Below are positions 9,658-19,414 of a stretch of DNA of 64,000 nt, in pieces (within the stretch, counting starts at the first letter, position 1; every line of letters begins with the position of its first letter). The position numbers were made by a program, and so were the translations under genes. A model generated the notes under the pieces. The model had not been told where the DNA came from. It was given only the letters and a program-made list of their open reading frames with translations, and ran no database searches. Source of the stretch: Camelus ferus (taxonomy: Eukaryota); assembly GCF_009834535.1 (NCBI RefSeq), contig NC_045697.1, positions 21,950,001 to 22,014,000 of the forward strand, in the 5' to 3' direction.

Positions 9658-12600
9658 ATGCTGAGGATGCGGACCACGGGATGGGCGCGCGCCTGGTGCC
9701 TGGGCTGCTGTCTCCTCCTGCCGCTCTCACTCAGCCTGGCGGCCGCCAAACAACTCCTCCGGTACCGACTGGCCGAGGAGGGCCCAGCAGACGTCCGCAT
9801 CGGCAACGTCGCCTCGGACTTGGGCATCGTGACCGGCTCCGGTGAGGTGACTTTCAGCCTCGAGTCGGGCTCAGAGTACCTGAAGATCGACAACCTCACC
9901 GGCGAGCTGAGTACGAGCGAGCGGCGCATCGACCGCGAGAAGCTGCCCCAGTGTCAGATGATCTTCGACGAGAACGAGTGCTTCCTGGACTTCGAGGTGT
10001 CGGTGATCGGGCCCTCGCAGAGCTGGGTGGACCTGTTCGAGGGTCGGGTCATCGTGCTCGACATCAACGACAACACGCCCACCTTCCCGTCGCCCGTGCT
10101 TACGCTCACGGTGGAGGAGAACCGGCCCGTGGGCACTCTCTACCTGCTACCCACCGCCACCGACCGTGACTTCGGTCGCAACGGCATCGACCGCTACGAG
10201 CTGCTCCAGGAGCCCGGGGGCGGCGGCGGCGGCGGCGAGGGCCGGCGCGCCGGGCCTGCCGACAGCGCCCCCTACCCCGGGGGCGGCGGGAACGGCGCGA
10301 CCGGCGGCGGCGGCTCGGGTGGCTCCAAGAGGCGGCTGGACGCGCCGGAGGGTGGCAGCGGGACCAACCCGGGAGGCCGCAGCAGCGTGTTCGAGCTGCA
10401 GGTGGCCGACACCCCGGATGGCGAGAAGCAGCCGCAGTTGATCGTGAAGGGGGCGCTGGACCGCGAACAGCGCGACTCCTACGAGTTGACCCTACGGGTG
10501 CGCGACGGTGGCGACCCGCCCCGCTCCTCTCAGGCCATCCTGCGGGTGCTCATCACTGACGTGAATGACAACAGCCCCCGCTTCGAGAAGAGCGTGTACG
10601 AGGCTGACCTGGCAGAGAACAGCGCCCCAGGGACCCCCATCCTGCAGCTGCGCGCCGCCGACCTGGACGTGGGGGTCAACGGGCAGATTGAGTATGTGTT
10701 TGGGGCGGCTACTGAGTCCGTGAGGCGGCTGCTGCGCCTCGACGAGACGTCCGGCTGGCTCAGTGTCCTGCATCGTATCGACCGCGAGGAGGTGAACCAG
10801 CTGCGCTTCACTGTCATGGCCCGCGATCGCGGGCAGCCCCCCAAGACCGACAAAGCCACGGTGGTCCTCAATATCAAGGACGAGAACGACAATGTGCCGT
10901 CCATTGAAATCCGCAAGATCGGGCGTATCCCACTCAAGGACGGGGTGGCCAACGTGGCCGAGGACGTTCTGGTCGACACCCCCATCGCCCTGGTGCAGGT
11001 GTCTGACCGAGACCAAGGCGAGAACGGAGTGGTCACCTGTACCGTGGTGGGCGACGTGCCCTTCCAACTCAAACCGGCCAGCGACACAGAGGGCGATCAG
11101 AACAAGAAAAAGTACTTTCTGCACACGTCTGCCCCTTTGGACTATGAGACCACTCGGGAGTTCAACGTGGTCATAGTGGCGGTGGACTCGGGCAGCCCTA
11201 GCCTCTCCAGCAACAACTCCCTGATTGTCAAGGTGGGAGACACTAATGACAACCCTCCCGTCTTCGGCCAGTCGGTGGTGGAGGTTTACTTTCCCGAGAA
11301 CAACATCCCTGGTGAGAGGGTAGCCACGGTGCTGGCGACAGACGCCGACAGCGGGAAAAACGCTGAGATCGCCTACTCTCTGGACTCTTCCGTCATGGGG
11401 ATCTTTGCCATAGATCCCGATTCCGGGGACATCCTCGTCAATACGGTGCTGGACCGTGAGCAGACTGACAGGTATGAGTTTAAAGTTAACGCCAAAGACA
11501 AAGGCATCCCGGTGCTGCAGGGCAGCACCACTGTGATTGTGCAGGTGGCTGACAAGAATGACAATGACCCTAAGTTTATGCAGGACGTCTTTACCTTTTA
11601 TGTGAAAGAAAACTTGCAGCCCAACAGCCCCGTGGGAATGGTCACAGTGATGGATGCTGACAAGGGGCGCAATGCGGAGATGAGCCTGTACATAGAGGAG
11701 AACAGTAACATTTTTTCCATTGAAAATGACACAGGGACCATTTACTCCACCATGTCTTTTGACCGGGAACATCAGACCACATACACATTCAGAGTCAAGG
11801 CTGTGGATGGGGGAGATCCTCCCAGATCTGCAACAGCCACAGTCTCTCTCTTTGTGATGGATGAGAATGACAACGCTCCCACCGTTACCCTTCCCAGAAA
11901 CATTTCCTACACTTTACTGCCACCTTCAAGTAATGTCAGAACAGTGGTAGCTACAGTGTTGGCAACAGACAGTGATGATGGCATCAATGCAGACCTTAAC
12001 TACAGCATTGTGGGAGGGAATCCCTTCAAGCTGTTTGAGATTGATTCCACCAGTGGTGTGGTTTCCTTAGTGGGAAAACTCACCCAAAAGCATTATGGCT
12101 TGCACAGGTTGGTAGTGCAAGTGAATGACAGTGGGCAGCCTTCCCAGTCCACGACGACTCTGGTGCATGTGTTTGTCAATGAAAGTGTTTCTAATGCAAC
12201 TGTGATTGACTCCCAGATAGCCAGAAGTTTGCACACCCCACTTACCCAGGATATAGCTGGTGACCCAAGCTATGAAATTAGCAAACAGAGACTCAGTATT
12301 GTGATTGGGGTGGTTGCTGGAATTATGACAGTGATTCTAATCATCTTAATTGTAGTGATGGCAAGATACTGCCGTTCCAAAAATAAAAATGGCTATGAAG
12401 CTGGCAAAAAAGATCATGAAGACTTTTTTACACCCCAACAGCATGACAAATCTAAAAAGCCTAAAAAGGACAAGAAAAACAAAAAATCTAAGCAGCCTCT
12501 CTACAGCAGCATTGTCACTGTAGAAGCTTCTAAACCAAATGGACAGAGGTATGATAGTGTCAATGAGAAGCTGTCAGACAGCCCAAGCATGGGCCGATAC

Positions 12601-12834
12601 CGATCAGTTAACGGCGGGCCCGGCAGTCCTGACCTGGCCAGGCATTACAAATCTAGTTCCCCATTGCCAACTGTCCAGCTTCACCCCCAATCACCAACTG
12701 CAGGAAAAAAACACCAGGCCGTACAAGATCTACCACCAGCTAACACATTTGTGGGAGCAGGAGACAACATTTCAATTGGATCAGATCACTGCTCTGAGTA
12801 CAGCTGTCAAACCAATAACAAGTACAGCAAACAG
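9658..12834 (+). CDS. PCDH7: Protocadherin-7 large first coding exon (1059 codons): signal peptide, 7 extracellular cadherin repeats, transmembrane helix, proximal cytoplasmic tail
   Basis: ORF starts MLRMRTTGWARAWCLGCCLLLPLSLSLAAAKQLLRY. Cadherin motifs recur (DRE, DXD, and DINDN/DVNDN/DENDN/DTNDN/DKNDN/DENDN linkers). There is a Gly-rich insert in EC2, a TM segment IVIGVVAGIMTVILIILIVVMA and a tail ending ...CQTNNKYSKQ, all characteristic of PCDH7. The exon ends at a strong phase-0 donor CAG|GTAAGA (GT at 12835). Confidence 0.98.
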
Positions 12835-12918
12835 GTAAGATGCATCCCACATATGTTTAAGTATCTGAGACAGCATCTTCTACAAAGTTTTGTCTTCTCT
12901 CTGAAAGCTATTAGTTAA
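12835..12918 (+). CDS. PCDH7: Read-through (unspliced) C-terminal tail of PCDH7, isoform-b-like: VRCIPHMFKYLRQHLLQSFVFSLKAIS*
   Basis: The frame stays open across the donor to TAA at 12916-12918. The start VRCIP..FKY resembles the recalled human isoform b tail. Confidence 0.7.
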   Translation, partial: VRCIPHMFKYLRQHLLQSFVFSLKAIS

Positions 12919-13479
12919 AATGAAATAGGGATTTAGTGCTGGTGTAGTTCATACACCATTTATTTAGTGGAGGCCGTTCACAAAAGGTACACCATTGCCT
13001 TTTGCACCAGTTTACTAAGTTTACTAAGCTACTGAAGAAAACACTGTAGGCAGTGTTTTGCACTTCTCTTTGGCTTGACAGTCCTAATTCATCCTACATT
13101 TTCTGTTTCTGGATAAGTATCTATGCATTGTTTGGATGGCTAGTTTTAACCTGAAATTACTTTTTTCTTTTGTGCTACTAAGTGGGTAACTGCATCCAGA
13201 GAGAACATTTCTAAAGTTACTGCTGCTATCTATGCAAATTGAACAGTATAAAAATTTTAGCTGTGTTATACGTTATGCAGGATTTTACAGATAAACAGAT
13301 GCTGATTCATGCAAAGGAAGTACCAACTCTGAGATACTGAAATCCTTACTACTTTGACAAAAATGCTGACTTAAAAATATTTAATGATATACAAATATCA
13401 TGCAAATCTACATTTTTAATATTTCAGTATCCATAAAGTTAGGCTTCTATGAGGCTATGCATTCGGCATTCATATTATT

Positions 13480-13495
13480 TGTATTTAGTATTAAA
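13480..13495 (+). terminator. Candidate intronic poly(A) signal for the read-through isoform
   Basis: TGTA (13480) followed by ATTAAA (13490-13495), about 570 nt after the read-through stop. Confidence 0.3.
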
Positions 13496-13749
13496 AGTTC
13501 ATAAGCAAAAGTAAATTGCATAAACCAATTATTATTTAAGCCAAGCAACAAAAATTTCCTGTTTGATGCAGTGTGTGCAAGAATATTTTGATATGCATTG
13601 TGATATACTGAGACTATAATAATTTTATGGAATAGTTGACACAGTTGTTTTCATGTGAAATGTGGAAACAGTAAAAAAATTATATATTCTGAGGTGAACT
13701 TCAGAAGATATAAAGTTTATTTTCGACAGTTTTGCTTGTGTGATTATAT

Positions 13750-13757
<8 letters not shown>

Positions 13758-13788
<31 letters not shown>
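13758..13788 (+). repeat. (AT)n microsatellite
   Basis: Read directly from the sequence. Confidence 0.95.
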
Positions 13789-13789
<1 letters not shown>

Positions 13790-16700
13790 CATACATCTCA
13801 CAAAGTTTACTTTTCACACCCACCAAAGTTTCACCCAACAACTTAAAACCTTTTGGAAATTGTTGTGTCTAAAGCTGTAGCAACTCTGCTGATAAAATAT
13901 CACATGTTTCTTATAGCCAGAGCATCTCAAGAAACACATTTATGTCTGTCAAATAATATCCAAAAGTAGTTTTTCTATTAAATATGCTTTGCATGTGGAA
14001 TGTGTGATCTGAGAAGAATTAAAGCAAAGGAAAAAGTTATTTTATAGCCTCATTAAAAATGTTATTGATGGGCTTATTAAAGATATTATAGAAAAGAGAT
14101 AGATAATAATTTCTTATTGTTTTTATACTTTAAAAATCAGTTTCGTAAAGAAATGTTTTTGACAGATAGTACTTAAGTGTAGCTATTTGGATAAGGAGAA
14201 ACAGACAATATGCTTTTATATCCAGTTATCAAAGCAATCTGAGAAAACACAGGTTTGGGCTACATTGCATTAAATGTCTTTCAAAAAAATGTCTTTTCAT
14301 GCACATGAGCCTGAGTTATTTCTTTTAAACGAAACATGGCAAGTGGAGAGTGTATTTGTTGTGTTAGTGCTTTACCTGGAATTAGTTGCAGATTTTTGTT
14401 TTGGTTTTGGTGATTTTATCAGTTTTGTAATCAAGGACAATTCCAGTTAAAAATAATAGCACTTTTAGAAGGTTAGTTATAATAATACCCACAAATAAAT
14501 TAAGATCTGTAGAAATTTCTTTAGAAAATGGTAATTTGTTATGCCAAAGCATGTGAAGAGATATTTCTGCAGAATATTTACTTCTCCACTGTCATTCTAA
14601 CAGGATTTTCTGTCCTGTGGCTGACTGGCATTTATATTTTAAATTGCATAATCTTAAACTTCTGAGTGAACATATTAAGTGGGAGATTTGTAGATATTTT
14701 ATGCAGCCATCTCATATGTTCTGTGCTGACACTTAAGCTTTACTTGGTCATCAAATGGAGTTAGCTCTATATTCTTGAATATTTAAAAGAGCCAATATCA
14801 AGACTGTTGTGGCATCCTGTTTAAAAGGCAAAGTGATATGCTTATAAATAAACTAATATATGGTGTTAGTCTCTTAACTGAGCAAAGAAGTCCATATACC
14901 AGAAGAGAATACCTACAAAGTCATTGAAATAAAGCATGCAGTTTGTAAAAGTGACTTTGGAAAACTTGTGTGTTGTTGGACAGTCAAAAGATGTATAAAG
15001 TTTTAACCACAATAAATAGCTGACCTAAAATGAAATAAGGACAAATGAAATGCATTCCCATTAATGTAATTAGTAATAGTAATTGATATGTTTCATCTCC
15101 TCAATCTTGCTGTCAGGAGACGAGGGATCCATTTACAAAGTTACATTCTGTTTAGACATCTGACATATTAAACAGGATCTTTTTTGTTCTCAATTTTGTT
15201 TGTACTGTAAGTAGATGATTTTCTATTTTTATTTTTTAAATATATTACCTTTGATTTTTTAAACACTCCCAAATGTATTTTCTTTGATTAAACCTCACAT
15301 AATTTTTTTTAATTCAAGGTTTTGTTATAGTTTCTCCCCTTTAATGCTGAATTTATCTAAAGAAAATCTCCAAGGTTACTCTCTTTAATTTCTTAATGGT
15401 AGGGATTAATTAAAAATCTGAGATTTCATCTGACACAGAGCCTTCACTTTATTTGTAATTTTTCTTAATTGCCTTATCATAGTTCTTTACTTGTGATATA
15501 AAGGAAACGATGTCTATGACAGTGTTCTTATCTTTATGAGAATTAGTTTGAAGTGTTGCTCCTAAGTTCCCTTAATGGTTACATTATAATGAGGTAAACA
15601 GCTTTGCAGAAATGTATTTGTAAATACTGACCCCCTCCACTTCTTTTTGGTTTGTTTTCATAGGCTCTAGCAATGTTCAAATCAATCTTCTTTAGTTACT
15701 CTTGGGCAGAATCGAGGAGATAATGTGTTGCAAGAGTTGCTGGAATTATTCTGAACTTCATACAGTGAAAAAACTGATGATGTAGCCCAGGTTTTCATAC
15801 TTCAGACATTTACAATTCAAACAAAAGCCCTTCTTCTCAACTCAATAATGTGTCTACTTGAGCAAACTGTAGATCATTGACATTAGGTGTCCACCTTTCC
15901 ATTCATTCTTCTTTTGTGTGGTAAACCTGGTCTTGGAGGTTGTTAAAGTTTTGTGACCTGGAAGTACAAACAGTGCTTTTGATTTGTTAAATGAAAGCAG
16001 AAGCAATCTATTTTTTAATTTATTTTTAAATCACCAATATTTTACTATGTGTTAAGTATTTTTCAATTTTCTTAAAAAAATAATATAACTCCAAAAGTTT
16101 GACAGAGAACATAAAAGCAGAGTTACCACTTTGCATGTTGTTTTCAAGTCCTCTTGAGCTTATCCTTGCCATGTTGTTATTTAGATAATGCACTGACAAG
16201 TAAAAATTTTATTGTATTTAGTGAATGGAAAGTAAGGTACTTTATTTTTGGCAAGCATATAGAGGATGCAGCTTGAATAAACATTAATTTGAAAATCCAT
16301 TTGTAGCTGATCCTGAAATACTCAAGAAAAATTCATATTAGCTCCAGTGACAGTTTCCCTAGCCTAAGGAACTGCTGAATGTTGTCTGAATAATGTTCCC
16401 TCTAATTGATCAAATTGTGTTCAATATAGTAAAATTATGTCATAAATTTTTTAAATTACTTCCATTTGGGAAACAAATAATGACTTACCATCTACTAGAG
16501 TTATAAGCACTGAGGAAACTGAATATCAGTTTATTTGTGAGTGTGTATTATACCATATGTATTACAGTGGAAGTGCATCTGTCTAGTGATGCCAACCCCA
16601 GCCACCTCCAGTTTTAATTCTATCAGCAGAACTTCTACAGTATGGTTCTCCTGCCTGTAAGCCAGGATATTTTCAAGAGGCACAATGAATCTGCCTATGG

Positions 16701-17289
16701 TGAGACTTCTGTTCCCTTTGGCCTGAAATCATAGGTAAGAGGCTAGTAACTGATGAAACTTAGGCTGTGTCTTTAGTCAGGAGGTATCTACTGGCTTTCT
16801 GGATGTCAATAAAACATGGGAAGGGTCATCCACTGATCTGACCTGCAGCGTACGTACAGATTTTTACTGAAATCCAGGTATGACAATTTGAAACTTACCC
16901 CAAACTTCTCCTAAGTCAATTAATGACTTGACATAAGACCATAAGGTCAATTTAAGGATTCTAAGTAAACCATGCAGCTGCAAAATCATTTTTTCTTGTT
17001 AACTTTTCATCTTTGAGTAAGTACATAGCTCTTATGGGGAAAAGCATGCACGCAGTAAATATATATCACTATCTCTCACTCTCTCACATTCACACACCCA
17101 CAGATATACTCATATAAACCGGCTATGGCGCTATGAGGCTCATTTCCTGTGATATTGATACGCTGATAATGTGGAAAAGAGTTGAACTTCAAACACATAC
17201 AGAATTGACAGAAATATATATCATCGTCAACAGCTCAGCGTTTGTATCTGAAATCGCTAGAGTCGTCATATCTTAGAATTAAAAGATAC

Positions 17290-17410
17290 CAACCAAAACA
17301 ATCCCCTCATTTTGTAGAAGAAACTGAGGCCTCGTATGAAAAAGTTTATTTGATTGAGATCATAAGATTATCAGGGATTTAATGTGGACCAGAGTCCTGG
17401 ACACAGAATG
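17290..17410 (-). mobile_element. MIR fragment
   Basis: Core motif cccctcattttgtaga-gaaactgaggc. Confidence 0.6.
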
Positions 17411-18946
17411 CAGGGTCCAGTGTTCTTTTTTTGTTTGTTTGTTTGTCATGCTACTTGTAGGAAAAAAATGATTTTCTACAACTTTCTCTGTATCTATTTC
17501 AGTAGTAACAGAAATCTGTTGAGATTGACTTATGTACATATAGCTATATATTTAGCTATGAAAACTGATTTTTTTACCATAGTATATAATTTACGTTAGG
17601 CTCTAGGTTTTATCTGTAAAATTATCAGGGAAATTATATTTCTAATTTTATAGCTTTTTAAAAGAAATTAATAGCTTTTCCCCCCTTATGGAAGCAAGCA
17701 ACTGATGACAGACATTAAAGTAATTTAACATGCTTTAGAAGATATATTCAATAAGTTGACAGGATTTTTCATTTTAGCACAACAATGACAATAGATGTAA
17801 GCTCCTACCTAGCATTTACATCCTCAATAAAAACATATTTATAGTGGAAATGAATAAAAGCTTTTTATACATTATGTATGAAACGTTCTATGCATTCTGA
17901 TTGAGAAAAATCTACCTTTTCCATCAATATTGATGACTCCTTTGGCTTCCAAGCGTCTTTGCATTTTGGCAACTTTGCAGATGCACTGTACTTTGGTAGT
18001 ATCCTTAACACGCAGTCGTGAACTGGTTTTTCCTCTAAAAGTGTCTTCTAGAAAATTGATAGAAGAATGTGACATTTTGTCGTTTTTCAATTGGATCGCT
18101 TCCTTGTTAGTCGGTTAACCAATCTCGTGTTTTAGATTCTAAATTTACATATCGATAACATCTAAATTATTTATTAAAGTCAAGAATGAAATCCGAACTG
18201 TTTTTAAAACTAAATACAGTGTAACAAAACCATGGTTTCACAATAACCACCAATGCTCCTAGGCATTTTAACATCATTTCTTTTTCTGGGAGAGGGTGGT
18301 TGTAGAGGTTATATAGGAAATTTAGTATGACAATTGTTTAGAGTTTTATGTTTAAATTATGTATAACCAATTTCTAGGCTATCCCCAGGCTCCCCATCCA
18401 TTTATTTACTGTAACTCTATAGAAATAGTAGGATCTGTCTCTCTATATATATATATCTTGAGTCAGCTTTGCTTTTCTTTCTTATTTATTTTAAAAGCCC
18501 TTAGTATCTTTTCTAAAGCAGGGACTCTGTTTCAGAACATTACACAGTGCTTAATTTAGCATTAGTGTTGTGGGAGAAATCACATTCCAAGAAGAATTGA
18601 GCTGAAACCACTAAAACTAATCTTAATTATCACTTCTGGTGAATTAATGTTTTAAAGGCAGAATAAAGGTTTATTTTCAGGAATTTAGTGATGTTTGTAT
18701 TGAACTCTAATGCTGTGTACAAACAAACAAAAGAACCCATTAAAGCTTGCAAGTAGGATTCATCTGACAAGTTAACTTTTTCCCCCTTGAACTTATTTAT
18801 TATTTACAAACACATAATTTGCAAATAAAAATTCTCTGCTCCAAAACTTCCACCACAGCATTCCAATCGGGCATAAGACGTTGGGGAAATTTTCTTCATC
18901 AATTTTTTTTTTTGACCTGCATAAATCTTTATTTTCCTTTTTTCAG

Positions 18947-18982
18947 ATGCGTCCACTTCCATACATTACTGTGTTTGGCTGA
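18947..18982 (+). CDS. PCDH7: Short terminal coding exon of PCDH7 isoform a: MRPLPYITVFG*
   Basis: A polypyrimidine tract and TTTCAG acceptor end at 18946. The phase-0 join to 12834 gives ATG CGT CCA CTT CCA TAC ATT ACT GTG TTT GGC TGA, matching the recalled human isoform a end (MRLHPYITVFG). Spliced protein is 1070 aa. Confidence 0.92.
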   Translation: MRPLPYITVFG

Positions 18983-19168
18983 ATTCCACTCTAATATGAT
19001 GCTCCATTATGCACCATACTCTGATGACCTTGCTACTTCGCAACCTGCTGGAGCCTGCCCTTGGCCGTGGGGTGTCAGCCAATCACTGCTTGTTCCACTT
19101 GTGCATTTGATTTTCAAGGTTTTTTTTTTTTTTTTCTTTTCGTCTCATTTAAGGAAAAATAGTATTGA

Positions 19169-19414
19169 AATAAATAAACCTATAAAAGAAGTATTAATAA
19201 AGAAATGTGTTACTAATGGGTGTCAAAGTCACCAGGAATTCCATTCTCAAAGAGGTAGTTAGCAGAATTTAATAGTAAAGTCTTAAAAAAAAACCAAAAA
19301 AACCCAAAAGCCTATTTCAACAATGATTTGAAGACTCTGGCTTTGGGTGAACCGAGGAAAATTTAGTCTATTAAGTCTTTGTCTATAATACATTAAATAA
19401 TGACTTTGAATAAA
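19169..19414 (+). terminator. Cluster of candidate polyadenylation signals for the isoform-a 3' UTR
   Basis: AATAAA at 19169, 19173, 19196 and 19409; GT-rich sequence at ~19514-19555. The site actually used cannot be determined from sequence. Confidence 0.45.

Larger units (their letters stand above)
5000..11450. promoter_or_regulatory. CpG island spanning the PCDH7 promoter, 5' leader and 5' half of the coding exon
   Basis: Abrupt change from AT-rich, CpG-poor DNA to GC-rich DNA with abundant CpG near 5000. GC boxes are present (CCCCGCCCCGCCCC near 6245-6260). CpG density decays after ~11.4 kb. Confidence 0.9.

Noticed and set aside
10492..11772. 426-aa antisense ORF (and other ORFs overlapping the CDS)
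   Set aside because: It is the codon-aligned shadow of the GC3-rich PCDH7 frame, with no recognisable domain.
18819..19262. 147-aa ORF overlapping the isoform-a exon
   Set aside because: It is in a different frame from the real exon, has a non-ATG start and runs through poly-T tracts.
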